From assembly GCA_029960955.1 (NCBI GenBank), contig JASBVS010000002.1, positions 146,470-210,469 on the forward strand: 64,000 nt of DNA, read 5' to 3'. This DNA comes from Bacillota bacterium. GTDB taxonomy: Bacteria > Bacillota > Sulfobacillia > JAIMAT01. Positions 30,450 to 41,302 of this stretch are shown here, in pieces. Position numbers and translations under genes: made by a program. Within the stretch, counting starts at the first letter, position 1; each line of letters begins with the position of its first letter. The notes under the pieces are model-generated. The model was given only the letters and a program-made list of their open reading frames with translations. It was not told the DNA's origin and ran no database searches.

Positions 30450-32306
30450 GTGCGCACGCAGTTCACGGAGGCGATGGCGGAGATGGGCGTCGGTCCGGGC
30501 GACGATCGGCCGCAGCGGAGCGGAGCGGCGGGGCTCCGGCCCCGTCCCGCGAGGCCCGACGCCGAGCGGTTGCGAGCGCTCCTGGAACGGCTGGACGGGC
30601 GCGGTTACAAGGCTTACCAGAGCCTCTCGGGCAGCTGGTCGCTGGGAGGTTTCACGCTCCACGTCGACCACGTGCAGGGCGATCCCTTCGCCGAGCCCTC
30701 GCGCCTGCGCGTGGAGATGGAGGCCAAGGTCCACGGGCTGCCGCTGGAGCCGCTCCAGTCGCCCGAGGGGCGGGTCGCCACCGCCGACTTCCTCCTGAGG
30801 CAGGTGGTCCGCGTCCTCCAGGCGCGCGGGAGCCGCCGGCGCGGGACGGGCCGCTCGGGGGAGATCCGGGTGGCCGAGCCCGGGCAGTCCTTCCTGCCGC
30901 GGAGCGCCATGGAGATCGACGCCGCGGGCCGTCTCACCTGGCGCTTCCAGGCGGGCCTGCCGGCCGACGGGCGGACCATCCTCGGCCGCCAGGCGGCCAT
31001 CCTTCTTCTCGAGGAGATCCCGGCGCTGGTGCGCGAGGCGCTCCTCTACCGGAGCCTGAACGCGCGCCAGCTGCGCACCTGGCAGGAGACGGCCGCCGAC
31101 CAGGCGGCGGCCCGCCGGCTGATGGAGGCGCGCGGCCTCGTCGCCTTCGTCGCCGAGGGGAGCATCCTGCCGCGCCGCTCGGGGGTGAGCGACCTGCCGC
31201 TGGAGCGCGGGCGGGCGGTCCCCTTCGCGGTGCCCGCGGAGATGGCGCAGAGCTTCCTCCTGCCGCACGCGGGCGAGGTGCGGGGGCTGGCCGTCCCCGA
31301 GGGCGTCACCCTGATCACCGGCGGCGGCTTCCACGGCAAGAGCACGCTGGAGCGGGCGCTGGAGCTGGGCGTCTACGACCACATCCCCGGCGACGGGCGC
31401 GAGCTCTGCCTCACCCGCCGCGACGCGGTCAAGATCCGCGCCGAGGACGGCCGCGCGGTGACGGCGGTGGACATCTCGCCCTTCATCGGGCGGCTGCCCG
31501 GCGGCGTCGAGACGGAGGAGTTCACCACGGAGCTGGCCAGCGGCAGCACCTCCCAGGCGGCCAACATCGCCGAGGCGCTGGAGGCGGGGAGTCGCCTCCT
31601 CCTGATGGACGAGGACACCTGCGCCACCAACTTCATGGTCCGCGACCGGCGCATGCAGCGGCTGATCCCGCGGGAGCAGGAGCCCATCGTCCCCTTCGTC
31701 GACCGGGTCCGCCAGCTGCGCGACGAGCTGGGCGTCTCCACCATCCTGGTGGTGGGAGGCGTGGGCGACTACCTGGACGTGGCCGACCACGTCATCGCCA
31801 TGCGCGAGTTCCGCCCCGCCGTCATCACCGAGGAAGCCCGGCGGCTGACGGAGGAGCTCCCCTCCCAGCGCGAGCCCGAGGCGCCCGGACCGGTCCGCTT
31901 CCGCATCCGCCGCCACCCGCGGCTCGCCGTGCTGGAGGCGGAGGAGCGCCGGCCGGCGAGGATCCGCTCCCAGGAGGTGGACGAGCTCCGCTTCGGCCGC
32001 TGGGAGATCGACCTGGGCGCGGTGGAGCAGGTGGTGGAGGTGACCCAGTCCCGCGCCATCGGCCACATCCTTCGCCTGCTGGCGCGGATGGAGCGGGAGG
32101 GCGCCGGCGGCGCGACGCCGGCCATGCCCGAGCTGCTGGAGGCGGCGGAGGAAGCGCTCCGTAGCGGCGGCTGGCGCTCCCTGGTCGAGCGCCCGGAGGA
32201 GGTGCGCGGCGACTGGGCGCTGCCGCGCCGCTACGAGATCGCCGCCGCCATCAACCGCTTCCGCGGCCTGCACGTCGACGTGGAGCGGCTGCGAGAAACC
32301 TTTTGA
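30450..32306 (+). CDS. predicted ABC-class ATPase (COG3044 / PF09818-like P-loop protein)
   Basis: About 600 aa with Walker A GGGFHGKSTLERA and Walker B/D-loop SRLLLMDEDTCATNF; the overall layout matches the 'ABC_ATPase' family, whose function is unknown. Confidence 0.65.
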   Translation: MRTQFTEAMAEMGVGPGDDRPQRSGAAGLRPRPARPDAERLRALLERLDGRGYKAYQSLSGSWSLGGFTLHVDHVQGDPFAEPSRLRVEMEAKVHGLPLEPLQSPEGRVATADFLLRQVVRVLQARGSRRRGTGRSGEIRVAEPGQSFLPRSAMEIDAAGRLTWRFQAGLPADGRTILGRQAAILLLEEIPALVREALLYRSLNARQLRTWQETAADQAAARRLMEARGLVAFVAEGSILPRRSGVSDLPLERGRAVPFAVPAEMAQSFLLPHAGEVRGLAVPEGVTLITGGGFHGKSTLERALELGVYDHIPGDGRELCLTRRDAVKIRAEDGRAVTAVDISPFIGRLPGGVETEEFTTELASGSTSQAANIAEALEAGSRLLLMDEDTCATNFMVRDRRMQRLIPREQEPIVPFVDRVRQLRDELGVSTILVVGGVGDYLDVADHVIAMREFRPAVITEEARRLTEELPSQREPEAPGPVRFRIRRHPRLAVLEAEERRPARIRSQEVDELRFGRWEIDLGAVEQVVEVTQSRAIGHILRLLARMEREGAGGATPAMPELLEAAEEALRSGGWRSLVERPEEVRGDWALPRRYEIAAAINRFRGLHVDVERLRETF

Positions 32307-32332
32307 CAAGCCTCCGCGGCCGTCCCTATAAT
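32303..32332 (+). promoter_or_regulatory. near-consensus sigma-A promoter (TTGACA-18-TATAAT) for secDF
   Basis: TTGACA at 32303-32308 and TATAAT at 32327-32332 with an 18-nt spacer, about 110 nt upstream of the secDF ATG. It overlaps the stop of the preceding gene. Confidence 0.6.
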
Positions 32333-32442
32333 GCACCGTACCCTTCCGGCTGGACGCCATGTGCCCGCGGCACATGGATTTTTCATGCGGCCGAGACCCG
32401 TGGATCCAAGGGTGGACCGCTTCGGGGGGAAACCCTGCAGGC

Positions 32443-34704
32443 ATGAACCGCCGGACGCGCAATATCGTCTACCTCGTGTCGACCGTCCTCGTCGTCGCCG
32501 CTGCCGCGGTCTACGCACTGGTGCCGCTGCCGTTCAACCAGGAGCGGCCGCTCTGGCAGCGGATCACCCTGGGCCTCGACCTGCAGGGCGGCGTCCACGT
32601 GGTCTACCAGGCCGAGCCCGACAGGCAGCACCCGCTCACCCCCGAGGCGATGTCGAAGGCGCGGCAGATCATCGAGCAGCGCGTCAACGGCCTGGGCGTC
32701 GCCGAGCCGATCATCCAGCAGCAGGGCAACAACCGGATCATCGTCGAGCTCCCCGGCGTGAAGAACCCGGAGCAGGCGATCCGGACGATCGGGCGGACGG
32801 CCAAGCTGGAGTTCCGGGACTACAAGGGGGACGTGATCGTCACCGGCGCCGAGCTGGTCTCGGCCGACCCGGAGATCGACCCCCAGAGCAACCAGCCCGT
32901 GGTGGCGCTCAAGTTCAACGCGCGGGGCGCCAAGGCGTTCGAGAAGGCGACGGCCGCGGCGCTGCCGTACGCCCAGGCCAGCAACGGCTCGGACCCGCGC
33001 GGCCACATCGGCGTCTACCTGGACGACAAGCTCCTGACCAACCCCCAGGTCAGCGCGGTCATCCCCAACGGGCAGGCCATCATCACCGGGTACAGCTCGC
33101 TGGAGCAGGCGAAGAACGACGCCGTCGCGCTCCAGTCCGGCGCGCTCCCCATCCCGCTCAAGATCATCGCCAACCAGACGGTCAGCGCCTCCCTGGGGGC
33201 CGAGTCGCTCCACCGGAGCGTGGTGGCGGGGATCGCCGGCCTCCTCCTGGTCGCCGCCTTCATGCTCCTCTACTACCGGCTGCCGGGCTTCTGGGCGACG
33301 GTGGCGCTCACCATCTACTTCCTGCTGGACCTCCTGGTGCTCCACCTGATCCACGCCACGCTCACGCTGCCGGGCATCGCCGGCCTGATCATGTCGGTGG
33401 GCGTGGCCGTCGACGCCAACGTCATCATCTTCGAGCGGGTCCGCGACGAGCTCCGCCGCGGGCTGACGCTGCGCTCGGCGCTGGAGGCCGGCTTCAAGAA
33501 CGCCTTCCGGGCGATCCTCGACTCCAACGTGACCTCGCTGATCGCGGTGGCCGTCCTCTACTACTTCGGCACCGGCCCGGTCCGCGGCTTCGCGGTCACG
33601 CTGGGGGTCGGCGTCCTGATCAGCATGCTGACCGCGGTCCTGATCACCCGCTACCTCCTGCGCTGGCAGGTGGCCACCGGGATCCACCCGGGCTTCCTGA
33701 TGTTCGGCCACGAGGCGGAGGTGGGCGCGCAGGTGGCGGCGGCGGAGGCGCAGGCCGGCCGCGACCGCAAGAAGAAGGGGCCGGCGGGCGCCGCCGGCGA
33801 GCCCGCCGCGCTGGAGCGGGAGCGCTTCCACTTCCGCTTCATCCAGAAACGCCACATCTGGTTCGCGATCTCCGGCGTCATCCTCCTGGCCACCGTGGTC
33901 TCCCTGACCACCCAGGGGCTCAACTACGGCGTCGACTTCAAGGGCGGCACCCTCTTCGACCTGCGCTTCGCCCACCCGACCAGCGTGGCCGCGGTGCGGA
34001 CCGCCTTCAGCCGCGTCACCCCCGAGGTGACCGTCCGCTCCACCGGCACCGGTGCCGACGAGTACCTGGTCACGGTGCCCACCACCGACCAGGCCGAGCG
34101 GAACCGGATGATCGCCCAGGTCCAGAAGGCGATGGACAACCCGGTCACCGTGCGCAGCGTCAACCAGGTCTCGCCCGTGATCGGACGCGAGCTGGAGCGC
34201 TCGGCCCTCCTGGCCCTCCTGGTCGCCGTCGTCCTCATGCTGGCCTACATCGCCATCCGCTTCGAGTGGCGCTTCGCGGTCGGCGCCGTCGTCGCCGACC
34301 TGCACGACGTGCTGGTCGTGCTGGGGCTCTTCACCCTCTTCCGGCTGCCGGTCGACACCTACTTCATCCCGGCCATCCTCACCGTCTTCGGCTACTCGAT
34401 CACCGACACCATCGTCATCTACGACCGCGTGCGCGAGAACCTGCGCGACCGGCGGCGCGAGTCGCTGCAGGAGCTGGTGGAGCGGTCGCTCAACCAGGTG
34501 CTCGTCCGCTCCATCAACACCACCATGACCACGCTCCTGGCCATCGCCGCCGTCGTCGTCTTCGGCGGCGTCACCATCCGCGACATGACGCTGGCCCTCC
34601 TGGTGGGCATCGCCACCGGCGCCTACTCCTCCATCGGCGTGGCCAGCCCGCTCTACTGGCTGCTGGCGCGCAGGAAGGAGCAGGCCCTGGCGAAGGCGGC
34701 CTGA
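32443..34704 (+). CDS. secDF: protein translocase subunit SecDF (fused)
   Basis: A SecD periplasmic domain plus two 6-TM bundles (…GLDLQGG…, RAILDSNVTSLI…). I chose ATG 32443 (MNRRTRNIVYL) over the track start 32359. Confidence 0.9.
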   Translation: MNRRTRNIVYLVSTVLVVAAAAVYALVPLPFNQERPLWQRITLGLDLQGGVHVVYQAEPDRQHPLTPEAMSKARQIIEQRVNGLGVAEPIIQQQGNNRIIVELPGVKNPEQAIRTIGRTAKLEFRDYKGDVIVTGAELVSADPEIDPQSNQPVVALKFNARGAKAFEKATAAALPYAQASNGSDPRGHIGVYLDDKLLTNPQVSAVIPNGQAIITGYSSLEQAKNDAVALQSGALPIPLKIIANQTVSASLGAESLHRSVVAGIAGLLLVAAFMLLYYRLPGFWATVALTIYFLLDLLVLHLIHATLTLPGIAGLIMSVGVAVDANVIIFERVRDELRRGLTLRSALEAGFKNAFRAILDSNVTSLIAVAVLYYFGTGPVRGFAVTLGVGVLISMLTAVLITRYLLRWQVATGIHPGFLMFGHEAEVGAQVAAAEAQAGRDRKKKGPAGAAGEPAALERERFHFRFIQKRHIWFAISGVILLATVVSLTTQGLNYGVDFKGGTLFDLRFAHPTSVAAVRTAFSRVTPEVTVRSTGTGADEYLVTVPTTDQAERNRMIAQVQKAMDNPVTVRSVNQVSPVIGRELERSALLALLVAVVLMLAYIAIRFEWRFAVGAVVADLHDVLVVLGLFTLFRLPVDTYFIPAILTVFGYSITDTIVIYDRVRENLRDRRRESLQELVERSLNQVLVRSINTTMTTLLAIAAVVVFGGVTIRDMTLALLVGIATGAYSSIGVASPLYWLLARRKEQALAKAA

Positions 34705-34755
34705 GCGGCGCCCGGCCCCCCACGCCGCCGACCCCTTCCTGGCATAGAGGACCAG

Positions 34756-34790
34756 CCCCGGGAGCAGACTAGGCTCCCGGGGAGGTCTTC
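34756..34790 (+). terminator. candidate terminator hairpin after secDF
   Basis: CCCCGGGAGC-agactag-GCTCCCGGGG, a 10-bp stem followed by a weakly U-rich AGGTCTTCC, 52 nt after the secDF stop. Confidence 0.35.
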
Positions 34791-34794
34791 CGGG

Positions 34795-36198
34795 ATGGCG
34801 ATGCGCGAGCCGGTCCGTCACGCCGGCAACGAGCCGCTCTACCAGGCCGTCGAGCTTTCCGTCCTGGCGCGGCGCTGGGGCGTTCCGCTCCATCTCCACG
34901 CGCAGGGGCTGCGCGGCACGGGGAAGACGACGGTGCTGCGCGCGGCGCGCCCGCTTCTTCCGCCTATACGGCGGATCCGCGGCTGCCTCTTCAACTGCGA
35001 CCCCCGGCGACCCCATTGCCCCGAGCACCGGGGCCTCGAGCCGGAGCGGCTGGAAGCGATCGGTAGCGAGGAGGTGCCGACGCCCTTCCTGGAGATCTCG
35101 GCCTCGGCCAAGATCGGCACCGTGGTCGGGACCATCGACCTCGGGCGCCTGGCGGCCGACCGGCCGGCGCTCCTGCCGGGCACCATCGCCCAGGCCCACC
35201 GCGGCATCCTCTTCATCGACGAGATCAACCGCCTGGCCGACGTCGCCCCGGAGCTGGCCGACGTCCTCCTGGACGTGATGGGCACGCGCCCCGGCCGCCT
35301 CCAGATCGAGGAAGCGGGCCTGCCGCGGGTGGAGCTCCCGGTCAACGTGACCGTCTGGGCCGCCTCCAACCCCGACGAGGAGCCGGGGCCGCTGGAGGAG
35401 GTCCGCCGCCAGCTGGCCGACCGCTTCGACCTGCTGGTCCACATGGGGCGCCCGTCCGACCCGGGCGCGGTGGAGGCGATCCTGCGCCGCGACCCCCTGG
35501 CCGAGGCGGCAGCCGGGGGCGCGTCGCCGGCGGAGGCGGCGGCCGGGGCGGGCGGCGAGGCCTTCGCGCCGCTGCGCGCCGCCCTCGGCCGCGAGAGCGT
35601 GCCCGCGCCGGACGGTTGGCTGCGCTCGCTCCTCGCCGCCGTCTACACCCGCTTCGGCCTGGAGAGCCTGCGCACCGTCGAGGCCTGGCAGCTGGCGGCG
35701 CGGCTGGAGGCGCTGCGGCGGGGCCGCCCCCGGGTGGAGGGCGACGAGCTGCTGGCGACGCTCCCGCTCGTCCTCTCCGGGCGCATGAGCCCGGAGGAGC
35801 AGGTGGAGGTGGCCCGCTTCCTGCGCGAGCCGGCGCTCCTGGAGGAGCCCTTGCGCCGGGCGGCGCCGGCGGGGAGGGCGGAGGAGCCGCGCGCGGAGGC
35901 GTCCCGGCCGGGCGCCGGCGGTCCGGCGGCGGCTCCGGCCGGGACGCCCGGCGAAGCCGCGGCCGGGGAGGAGGGCTGGCTGCGCCGCATGCTCGGCCGC
36001 CTCGGCGGCGGCCAGCCCGCCGAGGCCGGCCTCTCCTCCGCCGCCGCGAGCCCGGCGGCCTCCGGCGGGCCGGGTGGCGGCGGGGAGGCGGCCTCCCGCC
36101 AGGGGCTTCCGCCGGCCTGGGCGCCGCCCGGGCGGGCGCGCCCCTGGCACCTCGTGCCGCCCGACGAACGCTTCCGCGAGGCGCGCCCGGAGCCTTGA
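34795..36198 (+). CDS. magnesium-chelatase ChlI/BchI-like AAA+ ATPase
   Basis: Walker A GLRGTGKTT, the ChlI-specific C-x-F-N-C-D-P…C-P-E insertion (CLFNCDPRRPHCPEH), Walker B ILFIDEIN, and a long low-complexity C-terminus. SD GGAGGTC 7 nt upstream. Confidence 0.75.
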   Translation: MAMREPVRHAGNEPLYQAVELSVLARRWGVPLHLHAQGLRGTGKTTVLRAARPLLPPIRRIRGCLFNCDPRRPHCPEHRGLEPERLEAIGSEEVPTPFLEISASAKIGTVVGTIDLGRLAADRPALLPGTIAQAHRGILFIDEINRLADVAPELADVLLDVMGTRPGRLQIEEAGLPRVELPVNVTVWAASNPDEEPGPLEEVRRQLADRFDLLVHMGRPSDPGAVEAILRRDPLAEAAAGGASPAEAAAGAGGEAFAPLRAALGRESVPAPDGWLRSLLAAVYTRFGLESLRTVEAWQLAARLEALRRGRPRVEGDELLATLPLVLSGRMSPEEQVEVARFLREPALLEEPLRRAAPAGRAEEPRAEASRPGAGGPAAAPAGTPGEAAAGEEGWLRRMLGRLGGGQPAEAGLSSAAASPAASGGPGGGGEAASRQGLPPAWAPPGRARPWHLVPPDERFREARPEP

Positions 36199-37751
36199 GA
36201 CTCCTCCCCTGGCGCCCGGCCGACGGCGCGACGGCCCTGCGGGCGGAGCTCGAGCGGGCGGTGGCGCGGCTCGAGCGGGGGAAGGCGCTGGCCGTGGGCG
36301 ACGCCTGCGTGGTCAGCGGCTGCGTCCACGTCCTCCGCGCCGACCGCCCCGCCACCGTCTTCGTCCTGACCGCGCAGGACGCCGGGCGGACGCTCTACGG
36401 GCAGCGGCGGCCGGGCCGGATCTGGCATCTCGACTTCTTCCACGCCGTCGCCGCCGTCGACCCGCGCAGGGTGGCGCCCTTTCTCCTGCCGCTCTTCGCC
36501 CGGCCGGAGCTGGTGGACATCCAGACCGGGGCGGGCGGCGGGCGGCTGACGGGGCGCCTCGCCTACGGGCGGGGGGAGGTCCTGCGCGCCTCGCACCGCA
36601 ACCACGTCCACCTGGCCTTCCACCGGGGCGCCTTCGCCGGCGCGCCCGACCTGGTCGGCCTCGTCCTGGCGCTGGAGCGCGCGCTGGCCGCGCTGGGCGT
36701 CGAGCCGCGGCGCGTCGACGAGCTGGTGGAGCTCTTCCGCCCGCAGGGCTCCCTGCTCCCGCTCGACGACTACCGGGACGCCTCCGACTCGCTCCTGCGC
36801 GATCCGGAGGAGGAGGCGGGAGCAGGCCGCGGCTCCGCCTGCGGGGGCGACGGTACGGCGGAGGAGGCCGCGCGGCTCGCCCCGTCGCGGGAAGCGCCGG
36901 CGGCCGCCTCCGCTCGCCCGCTCCCGCCGCCCTCCCCTGCCGCCGCCGGCGCCGGGCCGATCGCCCGCGGCCTCGAGCGGGAGCTGCGCAGGCCGCCCGC
37001 CTCGCCCGGGCGGACCGGCGCCGCCGGCGCGCGCCTCGTGCGCGGCCGCGCCGCTCCCGGAGCCGTCCGGCGCGACGAGCCGCTGCTGGGCTCGCGCGGC
37101 TGGCAGCAGCTCGACCTGGCCGCCACGGCCGCCCGCGCCTGGGCCGGGGGCCCGCCGCGCGCGCCCCGCGACCTGCTGCGCCACCTGCGCGTCCTGCCGA
37201 GGCGTCGCCGGGGCGCGCTCGACGTCTGCCTGCTCCTCGACGCCAGCGCCTCCATGGCCGGGCCGCGCATGGAGGCGGCGCGGCGGCTCGTCCGCCACCT
37301 GGTGCTCAGGACGCGCGACCGCGTCGCCGTCATCGTCTTCCAGGACCGGACGAGCCGTGTCCACGTCGGTTTCACGCGGCGCTGGCGGATCCTGGCCGAG
37401 AGCCTGGAGGCCGTCCACCCCAGCGGGCTGACGCCGCTGGCCGACGGCCTGGCGGCGGCCGCAGCCTACGCCGGCGCCCGCGCGCGCAGAAGGACGCTCC
37501 TGCTCCTCCTCACCGACGGCATTCCCACGGTGCCGCGCAGCACGCTCAACCCGCTGCAGGACGCGGTGGAGGCGGCGCGGGAGATCCGCCGGCGCCGCCT
37601 GGCCTTCGCCTGTGTCGGCCTGGCACCCAACGAGGGCTACCTGCGCCAGCTCTGCGAGGCGGCCGGCGGCCGGCTCTACGTCCTGCCCGAGCTGGAGAGC
37701 GGCGCCCTGGTCCGCATCGCCGAGAGCGAGCGCCAGCGCGTCATCCGCTGA
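36195..37751 (+). CDS. VWA-domain protein (ChlD/BchD C-terminal-like; MIDAS DASAS)
   Basis: TTG 36195 overlaps the ChlI-like stop (TTGA). GC3 is coding from that point. A C-terminal VWA fold has LLLDASASMAG…LLLLTDGIPT; the N-terminal ~200 aa are of unrecognised type. The start is uncertain. Confidence 0.6.
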   Translation: MRLLPWRPADGATALRAELERAVARLERGKALAVGDACVVSGCVHVLRADRPATVFVLTAQDAGRTLYGQRRPGRIWHLDFFHAVAAVDPRRVAPFLLPLFARPELVDIQTGAGGGRLTGRLAYGRGEVLRASHRNHVHLAFHRGAFAGAPDLVGLVLALERALAALGVEPRRVDELVELFRPQGSLLPLDDYRDASDSLLRDPEEEAGAGRGSACGGDGTAEEAARLAPSREAPAAASARPLPPPSPAAAGAGPIARGLERELRRPPASPGRTGAAGARLVRGRAAPGAVRRDEPLLGSRGWQQLDLAATAARAWAGGPPRAPRDLLRHLRVLPRRRRGALDVCLLLDASASMAGPRMEAARRLVRHLVLRTRDRVAVIVFQDRTSRVHVGFTRRWRILAESLEAVHPSGLTPLADGLAAAAAYAGARARRRTLLLLLTDGIPTVPRSTLNPLQDAVEAAREIRRRRLAFACVGLAPNEGYLRQLCEAAGGRLYVLPELESGALVRIAESERQRVIR

Positions 37752-37907
37752 GCGGGGGCGGCCGCCGCCGGGGTAGCGGGCGGACGCGCCGCCGCCCCGC
37801 TTCCTGCCCGTCCAGCAGGCGCCCCGGGGCCGGTGCTATATTGTAGGGAAAGGTCGATGCGGCGCTGGAGACAGAGAGCGGCCGCGTCGAGAACGGAGTG
37901 GACCGAC

Positions 37908-40118
<2,211 letters not shown>

Positions 40119-40120
40119 AG

Positions 40121-40570
40121 GTGCGGGCGGTGGTGCAGAGGGTCTCGCGCGCGGAGGTGCGCGTGGCGGGGGAGAGGGTGGGCGCCATCGGCAGGGGCTT
40201 CCTGGTGCTGGTCGGCGTCCGGCGGGGCGACGGCAGCCGCGAAGCGGCCTACATGGCGGAGAAGATCCTCAACCTGCGCCTCTTCCCCGACGAGGAAGGA
40301 CGACTCAACCGCTCGATCCGCGAGAGCGGCGGGAGCCTCCTGGTCGTCTCCCAGTTCACCCTCTACGGCGACGCCCGCCGCGGCCGGCGGCCGAGCTTCA
40401 GCGAGGCCGCGCCCGCCGCCGAGGCCGAGCCGGTCTTCCGCGAGCTGGTGGAGCGGCTGGCCGCCGGCGGCGTCGAGGTGGCCACCGGCCGCTACCAGGC
40501 CGAGATGAGCGTCGAGCTGGTCAACGAGGGCCCCGTCACCCTGCTCCTCGACAGCGACCGCCTCTTCTGA
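40121..40570 (+). CDS. dtd: D-aminoacyl-tRNA deacylase
   Basis: VRAVVQRV…SQFTLYGD signature; GTG lies 3 nt after the relA stop. Confidence 0.88.
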   Translation: MRAVVQRVSRAEVRVAGERVGAIGRGFLVLVGVRRGDGSREAAYMAEKILNLRLFPDEEGRLNRSIRESGGSLLVVSQFTLYGDARRGRRPSFSEAAPAAEAEPVFRELVERLAAGGVEVATGRYQAEMSVELVNEGPVTLLLDSDRLF

Positions 40571-40653
40571 CCGCCTTTTCTGGCCTCCCCTTCCGGGCGG
40601 CATAGCCGCTCGCGCGGACGAATATGTTCCGTGAGCGAAGGGGGGGTCAAGTC

Positions 40654-41148
40654 ATGGCGGCAGGCAGGGCCGGGGTGGCCCGCCGCGCGCGGCCCGCGGC
40701 GGTGGCGGTCGCGGCCGCGCTGGCGCTGGCGCTGGCAGGCTGCGGCGGGGGCGGGAGCGCCTCCAACGACCGGGCGACCCTGGACCAGCTCGCGCAGCGG
40801 GTGACACACCTCGAGCAGCAGGTCGCCGACCTGGAGGCCGCGGTGGTCGCCTCGGCGCCGGCGCCCGCGGCGGGCGACACGTCCGGCCAGAGCGGCTCGC
40901 AGTCCGGCGCGCAGGCCGGCAGCTCCGGCAGCGGCACGGCCGCCGCGCAGCAGGCGACCGTCACCACCGACTTCCTGAACGTGCGCGCGGACCCCGACCA
41001 GAACTCCACCCAGATCGGGCAGCTGCGCAAGGGAACCGTCGTGGAGGTGCTCGGCCAGAAGAACGGCTGGTCGCACGTGGTGCTGAAGCAGGGGGGCAAC
41101 GTGGTGGTCGACGGCTGGGTCTCCAGCGAGTACCTGGAGCCGCAGTGA
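40654..41148 (+). CDS. SH3b-domain lipoprotein
   Basis: Lipobox LALAGC, a Ser/Gly/Ala-rich linker, and a C-terminal SH3_3-like domain (DFLNVRADPDQNSTQIGQLRKGTVVEV). Confidence 0.6.
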   Translation: MAAGRAGVARRARPAAVAVAAALALALAGCGGGGSASNDRATLDQLAQRVTHLEQQVADLEAAVVASAPAPAAGDTSGQSGSQSGAQAGSSGSGTAAAQQATVTTDFLNVRADPDQNSTQIGQLRKGTVVEVLGQKNGWSHVVLKQGGNVVVDGWVSSEYLEPQ

Positions 41149-41194
41149 TCCGGACGCCGCCGGCTCCGGCGGGCGGGGCGCCGGAAAGAAGGGG

Positions 41195-41221
41195 CGAGGG
41201 AGCGGCCGCGCCGCTCCCTCG
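41195..41221. other. GC hairpin between convergent SH3b and SleB-like genes
   Basis: CGAGGGAGCGG-ccgcg-CCGCTCCCTCG, an 11-bp stem with no U-tract. Confidence 0.25.
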
Positions 41222-41302
41222 CTCGCTTCGCCAGCCGGGCCTCCCGGGCGGGGGCGCCCGCGTCCCCTGCGGGTCCCGGGCCCGCGGACGGCCGCCGCGC
41301 TC

